Positions 18,714 to 29,178 are shown, counted from the stretch's first letter. The stretch: DNA of 64,000 nt from a bacterium (GCA_021815445.1 JAKAGM010000001.1:787710-851709); one strand, 5' to 3'. Numbers and translations are program-made. Notes: generated by a model not told the origin, from the sequence alone.

Positions 18714-18787
18714 GCCCCGCGGTAGCGGGGCATCGTTCACCAACACAAAACAAAATTATCGGTTGCTCTACGGAGAATTTTTTTGGC

Positions 18788-19186
18788 TTACTCCCAAGGG
18801 AATTTAACTACTCGATGTATCTCCTCCAGAAAGTAATCTGGTACAACTTCCGATTTCGGCATAGTATACAAACATGCAGTTTTGACCACTGCTCCTTTAC
18901 TTTCTAGGTATTGTTTCGCTACAACCAAGCTCTTTCCAGTTTCAAGCATATCTTCTACAAGTAGGACACTTTTCCCGTCAATATTTTCCTCTATTACTGT
19001 TTTTACTTTACGTTGATCAGATACTTTTTTTACCGTCAGACAATACATTTCCTTCACATTAAGATAACTTGAAAGCAGCCGTGCGGGAATGAGACCTCCT
19101 CTAACAACCCCAACAATAATGTCGGGGGAGTACTTAATTTTACTTCGAAGTACCTTAATTTCGTTTTCAAGTTCATGCCATGTCAT
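18788..19186 (-). CDS. Type I phosphoribosyltransferase (Gpt-like)
   Basis: VVRGGLIPA, PRPP loop LLVEDMLETGKSL, C-terminal FPWE. Confidence 0.88.
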   Translation of the reverse strand: MTWHELENEIKVLRSKIKYSPDIIVGVVRGGLIPARLLSSYLNVKEMYCLTVKKVSDQRKVKTVIEENIDGKSVLLVEDMLETGKSLVVAKQYLESKGAVVKTACLYTMPKSEVVPDYFLEEIHRVVKFPWE

Positions 19187-19260
19187 GGTTTACTATATTA
19201 TTTTTTGAGGACTGGATTCCCCCTCCGGCGAGCCTCGCTTTGTCCGCTGTAAGCGGACAA

Positions 19261-19297
19261 AGCGGGAGACGGGATTCCCCTTCGGGCCGGGGCTCAC
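19261..19297 (-). repeat. Cassette-boundary repeat R3 with 17-bp identity to the tRNA-Gly(GCC) 3' end
   Basis: AGCGGGAGACGGGATTC 19261-19277 equals tRNA 19479-19495, followed by CCCTTCGGGCCGGGGCTCAC. Confidence 0.9.
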
Positions 19298-19475
19298 GAT
19301 CGCCTCCGGTCTTCGACCCTGGGGTCTCAGACCCGAAGGGCGATATCGTTCGCCCTGCTCATCCCGACGCGACGCAAGCAGTTGCGTCGCTTCTCCTCCC
19401 GATTACTGGTTACTCCTTACAACGAGAATCTAGGAAACTTTTTTTACACTAATAGCTCCATCGAGCTGAGCTCGA

Positions 19476-19550
19476 TGGAGCGGGAGACGGGATTCGCACC
19501 CGCGACCTCTTCCTTGGCAAGGAAGCGTTCTACTACTGAACTACTCCCGC
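19476..19550 (-). tRNA. tRNA-Gly(GCC)
   Basis: GCGGGAG acceptor, CTTCC-TTGCCAA-GGAAG arm, encoded CCA; atypical T loop TGCGAAT. Confidence 0.92.
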
Positions 19551-19642
19551 AAACGTTGTGTTCAATACTATCATTCAACTGACTGGCCCTGCAAATAAAC
19601 GCCCTACTACTGTCAGCCAAAGGCTGATCCGCCTCTGGCGGA

Positions 19643-19849
19643 AACTGGCGACGAGTTCCTTCACCCCGCGACAGCGGGGTTCAGGATGCTCGATTTTCTA
19701 GCTGCTCGCAAAGCTCGCAGAGAAAATCGGCATTTCAGTCCGGAGACCTGCCCCGCAAAAGCTCACGCAATGAGCGATGCGGGGTCTTCCGGGGTGCTTC
19801 CGATGGGTCGCACCCGTCCCGCAAGGCGGGACCCACTTCGCTACCTCGG
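19643..19849 (-). pseudogene. Fragmented tRNA-Phe ghost 1 with hairpin inserts
   Basis: Collinear + strand pieces AACTGGCGACG (19643), AGGA (19683), TTTCAGTCC (19733), CCACT..GCTACCTCGG (19833-19849). Confidence 0.6.
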
Positions 19850-19870
19850 TAACGGGTAATCTCTCTCTCA

Positions 19871-20147
19871 TGCCGAGGGCCAGAACCCCGCTAGTCAGCG
19901 GGGCAGGTCTCCCAGGCGACGCAAGGAAAGGAGATCCCTCGTTTTACTCGGGACGCTCAATTTTTCATCTGCTTGTTCCACTCGCAGGAAAAATTGGCGT
20001 TTTCAGTCCGGAGTTTATCCCGCACATGTGCCTGGGGCCAGAATTGAACTGGCGACGCAAGGATTTTCAGTCCTTCGCTCTACCACTGAGCTACCCAGGC
20101 ATTAACCCAGACACATATGCGGGACTCTACCACTGAGCTACCTCGGC
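19871..20147 (-). pseudogene. Fragmented tRNA-Phe ghost 2 (GCCGAGG allele) enclosing the intact tRNA-Phe
   Basis: Pieces TGCCGAGGGCCAGAA 19871-19885, GGCGACGCAAGGA 19915-19927, TTTTCAGTCC 20000-20009, CTCTACCACTGAGCTACCTCGGC 20125-20147; acceptor halves pair perfectly. Confidence 0.8.
20029..20100 (-). tRNA. tRNA-Phe(GAA)
   Basis: GCCTGGG acceptor, AAGGA-CTGAAAA-TCCTT arm, GCCAG-TTCAATT-CTGGC T arm. Confidence 0.95.
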
Positions 20148-20298
20148 GGAAACCAAACCTCGGCAAAAGGGGAGGATATATTTTTAAAGTTCTTCGCGGC
20201 ATTTACCCCGCACCTGGAACGCAGTGACATGGTGCGGGGCCACTGAGCTACCTCGGCGGAGAATGACTTCGGCATGAGAGAGTACTACAGATCCAACT

Positions 20299-20375
20299 TG
20301 GTGGGCGACTCAGGAATCGAACCTGAGACCTCGTCATTATCAGTGACGCGCTCTAACCATCTGAGCTAGTCGCCC
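20299..20375 (-). tRNA. tRNA-Ile(GAT)
   Basis: GGGCGAC acceptor, CGTCA-CTGATAA-TGACG arm, encoded CCA; directly downstream of the 16S gene. Confidence 0.95.
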
Positions 20376-20666
20376 ATGTAAGAGGATTCAATTGTTAAAG
20401 GCAGGAAAACAAAAAAACTACAGATAGTAGTGTACGGCTTCGATGCATCTACGGCAAGTGGATAGCATGATATCTGTAGGGTAGTCTCATGAAACAACTT
20501 TGACGTGGTAAGAATATTCCTCAATCGAGCCATTCTTAATGTTTCGATATGTAGTTTCACTACACCATAGTGGGGCATCTCTCTTTACGTAATAAAGGGA
20601 TGTGTCCCACGCGACCCTCGTAACGGATACGCGTTATGCGTTTTCCGTCTCTAGGTAATCTCCCTA

Positions 20667-22162
<1,496 letters not shown>

Positions 22163-22613
22163 GAAAGTTTGAAACTTTCTCTGTATATAACCGTTTTTTT
22201 AAGAGGTGGTTACAAACCTCAAAGAATTGACTAAAAAGAGGTCCTTAGCCTTTGACAGAAGGAAAAAGAGAGGAATGGACTGTAAAGAGCTATCAGGAAT
22301 CTGAAAAGCTCCATTGCCTCTTCTTTACCTTCTGCCAAAAAACTAAGGTATTCTTACCACATCAAAGTTGTCAATGACCGTTTTCTCCAGAGTTGAAGAA
22401 AAAACAGAGTGGCCCAAAATTTTTTTTAGACTCCCCTGTTTTTCCTCCTCAAAGACCTGTAATCAGGCCGAGGAATTCCCCGTGGTTCTCTTTTTAAGTT
22501 TCTGAATAATGTAGCGAGAAGAAAGTTTTTGTGCCATTAAACATTTAGCTAATTTCAGCACAATTTCCACTACTCACTGAGCATGAGTAGTGTACATCGG
22601 GGCCGGATACGTG

Positions 22614-23276
22614 TCAAGTGCCGGATAATCGCTTTCTACGCCGCGCATGGGCTTTCCTCCAGGCGGCTATTTTCTCATGGTTGCCGGCCAAAAGCACGGG
22701 AGGGACCCGTTTTCCGTTGAATACCGGAGGCCGGGTAAACTGGGGGTATTCGATGTAAGTGAGCGACCCTGAAAACGATTCGTCCTGAGTGGCTTCCGCG
22801 TTACCGATGACTTTTGGTATAAGTCGCGACACTGTCTCTGTTACCGCCATAGCGGGTACTTCTCCACCGGAGAGGACATATTGCCCGATAGAGAGTTCTT
22901 CATCAACATACCGTGAAACACGCTCATCAAATCCCTCATACCTGCCGGCGATAAGAACGAGCTGGTCGAGCTTTGCGTAGCGTGCCGCAATCCGCTGGGT
23001 AAAGAATTTGCCCTGTGGCGAGAGAAGGACGATTCGGCGACGTTTCTTTTTAGGGATGCGACGGAGCATGCGAACTATAGGCTCAACTTTCAAAATCATG
23101 CCGGGCCCGCCTCCGTATGGCCTGTCGTCAACTGTATGGTGTTTATCAGTAGTTTGGCTCCGGATATCGTGAATATGGATGGAAATCAATTTCTTCTTCA
23201 GCGCTTTAGCAATCAGCGTTTCATGGAGAAATGAGTCAAACAAATTGGGGAAAATGGTTAGGATGTCGAATCGCAT
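22614..23276 (-). CDS. trmD: tRNA (guanine37-N1)-methyltransferase
   Basis: MRFDILTIFP start, VDDRPYGGGPGM, GRYEGFDERV, SIGQYVLSGGE. Confidence 0.96.
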   Translation of the reverse strand: MRFDILTIFPNLFDSFLHETLIAKALKKKLISIHIHDIRSQTTDKHHTVDDRPYGGGPGMILKVEPIVRMLRRIPKKKRRRIVLLSPQGKFFTQRIAARYAKLDQLVLIAGRYEGFDERVSRYVDEELSIGQYVLSGGEVPAMAVTETVSRLIPKVIGNAEATQDESFSGSLTYIEYPQFTRPPVFNGKRVPPVLLAGNHEKIAAWRKAHARRRKRLSGT

Positions 23277-23358
23277 ATACGTTTTAAGAAAAAACAAAAA
23301 CCGCACTTGGAGTATACCATATGTGCGGCTTTTGCGTCCCTTGTTAAGGACAGAAAGT

Positions 23359-23706
23359 TTAGAGCTTGAGATCATCAACTGCTGAAGTATCCTCTTCAGC
23401 GACTGACTGACGATCGTGCGACGGGGCTGAACCGCGATCCTTCCGATAACCTTCCGGTTCGTAGATCTTGAGGTTCACCCGAGCGTGGTTCTTTGCACCG
23501 ACGACGCGGAGAAGTGTCCGGAGAGACTTCGCGGTCTGGCCTTGGCGGCCGATGACCTGTCCGAGGTCCTGGGGATTGACCTTGAGCGTAATGAGTACGC
23601 CCATCTCGTCAACCGTCCTGTCCGAGCTCACGTCTGCCGGGTTGTCGACCAGCGCTTTTACCACATATTCAACAAACTCCTGATCATTCATCGTTTCCTT
23701 CGTCAT
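23359..23706 (-). CDS. khpA: KH-domain RNA-binding protein
   Basis: VKALVDNP, DLGQVIGRQGQTAKSLRTLL; rpsP-khpA-trmD context. Confidence 0.9.
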   Translation of the reverse strand: MTKETMNDQEFVEYVVKALVDNPADVSSDRTVDEMGVLITLKVNPQDLGQVIGRQGQTAKSLRTLLRVVGAKNHARVNLKIYEPEGYRKDRGSAPSHDRQSVAEEDTSAVDDLKL

Positions 23707-23979
23707 ATTCTCGAGTAACGCTATTCAATTGGTAAAGTAGCAGATGCTCGTCTTCGACCTTTCCCCTGCAATGCATATATAAAACGAACAGCTACCATGT
23801 TGCACAAGGAGGATATCACGCGGAAAATACAATGTCAACCCCACACTTCCAATTATCAGAAAGCTCATCTTCATCGTATTTGGCGTGACTGAACTACCGC
23901 CAGCTTTCACTGGTGATCTCTGTCTTGCCGCCTTGACGACGGCTGGCTTGAAAAAACACCAGGAGATTACTTTCCCCTC

Positions 23980-24134
23980 GCGCGGCGCACTGTCTGAGGC
24001 CGGCGAATAAAAAAAGATATACGCCAAACGGCCGAGTTTGCCCGCCTAGACTCGACGTCTAGTCGAGGCTGGCGGAACGCTGTCCTTTCTTTTCTCTCCA
24101 CTTTTCTTTGGACAAGCAAAGAAAAATGGAGCCC
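23980..24134. repeat. Structured REP/MITE-like element, copy 1
   Basis: GCGCGGCG..TGTCTGAG..GAGTTTGC..and a 46-bp block 24089-24134 with 2 mismatches to 49218-49263. Confidence 0.8.
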
Positions 24135-24207
24135 ACCCCGCCGTAGGGGGGGGTGGTTTTACAAGTAACAAAAAAGTTTCACCACACAAATCGTATGGGA
24201 GAAAACT

Positions 24208-24621
24208 TTACGCCTTTGGCGCCTCTTCCTTTATTTCTTCTTTCGGCTTCGATTCGACCGGCGCAGACGGAGCCGCTTCCTTTGCCGGAGCAGCCTCAGC
24301 AGTTGGAGCTGCCTGAACTGGGGTTGCCGCCTCGGCAGGTTTTTCCTTTTTCCTGATTTGGGCGACGCTTACCTTCTCACCTTTGATGATGTTCTGGTCG
24401 ATGAGAATGTTGTGGACAGTTCCCGATGGTTGCGCTCCTTTTGATATCCAATAGGTCACCCGATCATCCTTAATAGCTATTGTAGCCGGCGAGGTATGGG
24501 GATCATAGGACCCGAGCAATTCTAAATAGTCTCCATGCGTATCCTTCGTCTTTTCGGAAACGATGAGACGGAATGTCGGATGTTTCTTTTTACCTACCCG
24601 TGAAAGGCGGATAACTAACAT
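24208..24621 (-). CDS. rpsP: 30S ribosomal protein S16 (with Ala/Pro/Glu-rich tail)
   Basis: MLVIRLSRVGKKKHP, LGSYDP, YWISKGAQPS. Confidence 0.97.
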   Translation of the reverse strand: MLVIRLSRVGKKKHPTFRLIVSEKTKDTHGDYLELLGSYDPHTSPATIAIKDDRVTYWISKGAQPSGTVHNILIDQNIIKGEKVSVAQIRKKEKPAEAATPVQAAPTAEAAPAKEAAPSAPVESKPKEEIKEEAPKA

Positions 24622-24705
24622 AGGAAAAATAGCTTGAAATGAAGTATGTACGGTATATCTTATGTACTTTACGGTTCGGTGTCAAGAGCGTTCAATAGGA
24701 GCCGT

Positions 24706-27363
24706 TTACGATGTCCCCTTATTAATGACCTTTTCCGCTTCATCCATTTTGACTGATAGCAGGCGGGACACGCCGTCCTCTCCCATTGTGACACCGTAGA
24801 GAATGCGCGCTTTGTGCATGGTGGCGCGATTATGGGTGATGGCGATGAACTGCGTTTGCGCGGAGATGCGTTCTATGATTTGCGCGAATCGGATTGAGTT
24901 TGACTCATCGAGGGCCGCATCCACCTCGTCGAGGATGACGAACGGGGAAGGATTATTGCTGATGATTGCGGATATGAGAGCTATGGATGTGAGCGCACGC
25001 TCCCCTCCGGAAAGCATGGCGATATTCCTGAGACGCTTCCCCGGCGGGGTTGCGTTGATTTCCACTCCCGTGAGCACTTTCTCGCCGCGCCTTTTCGCAA
25101 TTGGGGAAATTGGCTGATCCTTTTTTGTCTCTTCTTTTTCCTCCGATTCTTCCCCCTCCTCAAGCTCTTCTTCGACAGGTTCGGGAAGGATTTCTTCTTT
25201 TATCAAGCTGAGTTTGGCGTTGCCTCCCTGGAAAAGTGTCTTGAAATACTTGCTGAACTCGAGGTTAATTTTTTCAAATGCGAGGTCAAACTGTTTTTTC
25301 ATGGTCTGGTCGAGAGTCTCGATGGCTTCCTCGAGGTCCGCCACGGCTTTGGTGAGATCGGCAATCTGCGTGGTAAGGAAGTCGTAGCGATGCTTAGTCT
25401 CCTGATATTCCCCGGCTACGGCGGCATCAATACCTCCGATGAGCTCGAGGTTCCGTTTTTCTTTCTGTATCTCGCGCTCCAGGCTCTCGTTGAGCGGGGC
25501 GGGGTGCTTCGACTGGTACACAGCTTCGCGATCTTCATCGGTAAGCTCTTCCATCATTTCATGGTCGAGATCTTCTTTCTTGGTCTCGAGTTTGGCGAAT
25601 TCAATCTGAACCTCATGGAATTTCGTCGTTGCGTCATCCAACATCCGCTGCCGTTCCCTCGACGTGTGCTGCGCCTCGACGAGCTCTTTTTGCTTTGATG
25701 ATTCTTCGTGGCCCACTGTATCAAGCTTGTGCTGGACGGAGGAAATACGCTGGTCAACGGCTTTCACCTGGTCTTCCAGCTTTTTTTGGTCTTCGGCTAC
25801 CTGCTGGGGGTCTTTGCCGTGGAGGTGCGCGAGGTCCCTATCAAGAGATGCCAGATCATCTTTGAGCGTTGCGCATTTTTCCTCGACTGACCGGCGCTGT
25901 TCGTCAACAGTGGCTTTCTCCGAGCTTAAGGCGTTTATCTCCCGCAGCAAGGCGTCTTGGGATTTAAACGACTCGGAGAGCTTTTCCTGCACTTTTAATA
26001 GAGCGTCGGGATCTTTTGCGCTCAACTTGCGCGTTTTTTCTATAATCCGGGTAAGCTGCGCCGAAATGTTCTTCGCTGCCTGTCCAAGTTTCTGGAATTC
26101 CTCGGGAGTCTTGGAGGACTCAAGTCCGCGCAAAAAATCTTCCTGTTCGGCTAGAAGCGTTTTGAGTTCGCCGTGAATATTGAGCGCCGATATTGACGGG
26201 TCCGCCTGCAATCCTTTTTTTATCACGGCGATATCAGACTCAAGGTCAGAGGTGACCCGCATAAGCTGGTCCTGCTCTTTTGCCTTGGCCGCGAGACGCG
26301 ATATGATGTCGTTCAAACGGCCCTGGGACTGGCCGAGGTCTGTCTGGGATCGCCGGAGCTGGCTCGTGAGCTGATCTTTGCGCCGTTCGAGCCAGACAAG
26401 GTTCATCTCCCCTTTCTGTTCGCGGATCACATCCGCCCTGCCCTTGAGGATGGTGATGTCGCGGAGCAGACTGTTTTTCTCATCGACGAGCGTTTGGTAT
26501 TCGTTTTCGAATTGGGCGAATGTCTCCGTGCGCCCCTTGCGCGAGGTAAAAGCTTCAATAGTCTGGTTCGCTTTTGCCACCTCTTTTTCATGAGTAAGTT
26601 TGACGCTCTCTGCGTCTTTCATTATCTTCTCAACATCCCTGTGTTTGGTCACCAGTTCCGCCCAGAGGCCCGAATAATACTCCCGCTGCAGCTCCCGCAG
26701 TCTTTTTTCGTGGACTTCCCGCTGTTCGAGTTTATGCACCTGTCTGGTAAGAGAGCGCAGGCGCGGCTCAATCTCGGCCACCAGCATGTTCGCCTGCTTT
26801 AGGTTCTCATGGGTAAGCTCAAGCTTTGCCTCGGCCTGCTCCTTCTTTATCTGGAATTGGCGGATGCCTGCCGCTTCTTCGAAAAACTGTTTCCTTTCGG
26901 CCGGAGACGCTACGAGAACTGCGTCAATCATTCCCTGTCCGATGACGCTATAGGCCCGTTGGCCGAAATTTGACCTGGCGAGCAGGAGCAGGATATCGTG
27001 CAATCTGACATGGTTTTTATTAATGAAATATTCCCCCGTGCCGTCGCGGTATATTTTTCTCGTAATTACTATCTGGGAGTAATCTATCGGGGCCTCGCGG
27101 TCCTCGTTATTTAAATACAAAGAAACCTCAGCCATGCCGAGCTGGGTCTTCTTATCTGAGCCTGAAAAAATGACATCCTCAGACTTTTTGCCGCGCAGGA
27201 GCTTCATTGACTGTTCGCCGAGCACCCACCGCACCGCGTCGGCGATGTTTGATTTCCCTGAGCCGTTCGGACCGACGACGGCGGTCATTTCCCGCTTGAA
27301 TTCAAGCGACGTTTTATTCGCGAATGATTTGAAACCCTGGATTTCCAGCTTTTCGAGATACAT
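24706..27363 (-). CDS. smc: SMC family chromosome segregation ATPase (short form)
   Basis: QGFKSF, GPNGSGKSN, LSGGE, LDEVDAALD, ITHN; coiled-coil middle; 885 aa. Confidence 0.92.
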   Translation of the reverse strand: MYLEKLEIQGFKSFANKTSLEFKREMTAVVGPNGSGKSNIADAVRWVLGEQSMKLLRGKKSEDVIFSGSDKKTQLGMAEVSLYLNNEDREAPIDYSQIVITRKIYRDGTGEYFINKNHVRLHDILLLLARSNFGQRAYSVIGQGMIDAVLVASPAERKQFFEEAAGIRQFQIKKEQAEAKLELTHENLKQANMLVAEIEPRLRSLTRQVHKLEQREVHEKRLRELQREYYSGLWAELVTKHRDVEKIMKDAESVKLTHEKEVAKANQTIEAFTSRKGRTETFAQFENEYQTLVDEKNSLLRDITILKGRADVIREQKGEMNLVWLERRKDQLTSQLRRSQTDLGQSQGRLNDIISRLAAKAKEQDQLMRVTSDLESDIAVIKKGLQADPSISALNIHGELKTLLAEQEDFLRGLESSKTPEEFQKLGQAAKNISAQLTRIIEKTRKLSAKDPDALLKVQEKLSESFKSQDALLREINALSSEKATVDEQRRSVEEKCATLKDDLASLDRDLAHLHGKDPQQVAEDQKKLEDQVKAVDQRISSVQHKLDTVGHEESSKQKELVEAQHTSRERQRMLDDATTKFHEVQIEFAKLETKKEDLDHEMMEELTDEDREAVYQSKHPAPLNESLEREIQKEKRNLELIGGIDAAVAGEYQETKHRYDFLTTQIADLTKAVADLEEAIETLDQTMKKQFDLAFEKINLEFSKYFKTLFQGGNAKLSLIKEEILPEPVEEELEEGEESEEKEETKKDQPISPIAKRRGEKVLTGVEINATPPGKRLRNIAMLSGGERALTSIALISAIISNNPSPFVILDEVDAALDESNSIRFAQIIERISAQTQFIAITHNRATMHKARILYGVTMGEDGVSRLLSVKMDEAEKVINKGTS

Positions 27364-27547
27364 GATAAGGAATTATTAGAAGAAAAACGCGCTCCCTAAT
27401 TAAGAGATGGAGTTCGCGGTTTGAAAAGAAATGATGAGGTCTTTTGATCTCATGTTGGTGAAAGTATACCAGAAAATCGGACTAAAAGCAAGAAAAAAAC
27501 CGCCTCCGAGCTCAAGCTCAGGGCGGCCTAGTTGGCAGATGTGCTTC

Positions 27548-28021
27548 TTAGTCGGGGTTAAGTACCGGGTAACGCTTGTTGATGCAATCTTCTCTGATAC
27601 ACGACGGGCGCGATTTGACCACCGTGATGGCGGCCGGACTAATCCATTGAGTATCATCGGCAGGATGCCGATAGGCCACGAACGATCCAATCGGCACTGC
27701 ATCAACAATGCGCTGGCCATCGTCGCCACAGCAATTGTACAGGGTATCCACCCCCCTCATGGACTGGATGTACATGGTCACTTTGATGCATTCGCCCGGG
27801 CCGGGGGGATGCTCATCACGAATGTAGATGACAATCCCTTGACAATCTGCGGGGATTGAGTCGACACGATAAGTGTCCCAGCACAGGAAGAACATGCTTT
27901 GGCTGAAACTACTCGAATCAAAACATGTGACCGCCTGCTCATAGACGAGCGTACGGTTCCCAGCCTGGGCACTCTGGCCGCAAGCGAAAACACATAGTAC
28001 TACCGCAATGAAACGATACAC
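27548..28021 (-). CDS. Hypothetical secreted Cys-rich protein
   Basis: AGGAGG SD before GTG 28021; signal-peptide-like YRFIAVVLCVFACGQSAQA; downstream hairpin + U tract. Confidence 0.5.
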   Translation of the reverse strand: MYRFIAVVLCVFACGQSAQAGNRTLVYEQAVTCFDSSSFSQSMFFLCWDTYRVDSIPADCQGIVIYIRDEHPPGPGECIKVTMYIQSMRGVDTLYNCCGDDGQRIVDAVPIGSFVAYRHPADDTQWISPAAITVVKSRPSCIREDCINKRYPVLNPD

Positions 28022-28140
28022 GACTGACCTCCTGGTGAGATGATGGAAGTGCGTTTTCGTTTTATGCCCCACTCTATCACATCGCTTTATGGGCGTCAAC
28101 CAATGATAAAACCGGCTCAGGAAAACCCACTGAGACTCTT

Positions 28141-29076
28141 TTACCTCCCCAGCAAGTGCAGAATAATTGCCTTCTGTGCGTGCAGACGATTCTCGGCCTG
28201 GTCGAAAATGACTGAGTTCGGATGGTCTATCACGTCGCGGGTAATCTCATACCCGACGTGGCACGGCATACAGTGCATTATTTTTGCTCTGCCTCCGCTC
28301 ATCTCAACGACTGACGCGTTCAACTGGTACGGCTTGAACATTGCGATCCGCTTGTCGTATTCCACTTTGAACTCTGGTTTCACTTTGCCGTCTTTGAAGA
28401 ATTCCATATCCATCCACGTATCTGTATGGACATAGTCTGCATCCTTCATCGCCTCAGCAAGGTCGAGCGTGTGATGAACTTTGCCCGTGGCGTCGGCCAT
28501 TTGGTTCAATTCGTTATCAACGCTCACTTCGTGGGCTTTTGGCGCGACAAGGACAATGTCGATACCGAGTTTCGCGCAGACCAGCTTCAACGTGTTACTT
28601 ACGTTATTCTCAATACCTAGCCAAACGACTTTCTTTACATTTTCTAAACCTCCTGAATGCTCGGCCATAGTGAGAAGATCACCCATTGCTTGGCATGGAT
28701 GGTACTTTTCTGAGCAGGCATCAATGACTGGGATCTGGTTGAACAATGCCGCTGTCTGGACGTCGGCGAACTTGAGGGCGCGGAACATAAGCACGTCCCC
28801 GAACCTCATCACGGCGCGGATTTCGTCTTTGAAATCAGTCAGCGAAAACTGTGTGGTCTTTTGGTCGACAAAGATTCCGTGGCCGCCTAACTGAGTCATG
28901 CCCGCTTCGAAACTCAATCGGGTACGGGTAGAGGACTTCTGGAACAGCATGACGAGCGTCTTGTTTTTCAAAATGTCACCGTACTTTTCCGGGTTTTTCT
29001 TTATTTCCGCGGCGCGGTCGAGAATCGAACGGAGTTCGTCGGCTGAATAGTCTTTCAAATGCAGAAAATGCTTCAT
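28141..29076 (-). CDS. argF: Ornithine carbamoyltransferase
   Basis: KSSTRTR carbamoyl-phosphate motif, HPCQ, TDTWMDM, HCMP, QAENR. Confidence 0.9.
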   Translation of the reverse strand: MKHFLHLKDYSADELRSILDRAAEIKKNPEKYGDILKNKTLVMLFQKSSTRTRLSFEAGMTQLGGHGIFVDQKTTQFSLTDFKDEIRAVMRFGDVLMFRALKFADVQTAALFNQIPVIDACSEKYHPCQAMGDLLTMAEHSGGLENVKKVVWLGIENNVSNTLKLVCAKLGIDIVLVAPKAHEVSVDNELNQMADATGKVHHTLDLAEAMKDADYVHTDTWMDMEFFKDGKVKPEFKVEYDKRIAMFKPYQLNASVVEMSGGRAKIMHCMPCHVGYEITRDVIDHPNSVIFDQAENRLHAQKAIILHLLGR

Positions 29077-29088
29077 AGTTTGTTATTT

Positions 29089-29178
29089 CCATCCTGAGTC
29101 TCGCAGCCGCGGGACGAAGGATCCCATCGCCAAAGGCGAGGAGATTCCTCACCCTCGTCAAACTCGGGTTCAGAATGG
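29089..29178. repeat. Palindromic REP-like element between pyrF and argF
   Basis: CCATCCTGAG...GACGAAGGATCCC...GAGATTCCTC...TTCAGAATGG; partial copy at 49016-49062. Confidence 0.65.

Noticed and set aside
17541-19297. 30-bp direct repeats as a CRISPR array
   Set aside because: The intervals are 0.6-1.1 kb and contain genes, the repeat includes tRNA sequence, and there are no cas genes
19600-20260. Group I/II introns explaining the ghost tRNAs
   Set aside because: The inserts are 30-120 bp, too short, and I see no catalytic core motifs; some exon nucleotides are missing
22240-22450. Long hairpins upstream of 16S as a separate ncRNA
   Set aside because: More simply explained as rRNA leader/processing structures; no independent evidence
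23725-24027. 100-aa ORF between khpA and rpsP
   Set aside because: No motif or SD and it overlaps a structured repeat; a decayed gene cannot be excluded but is unsupported
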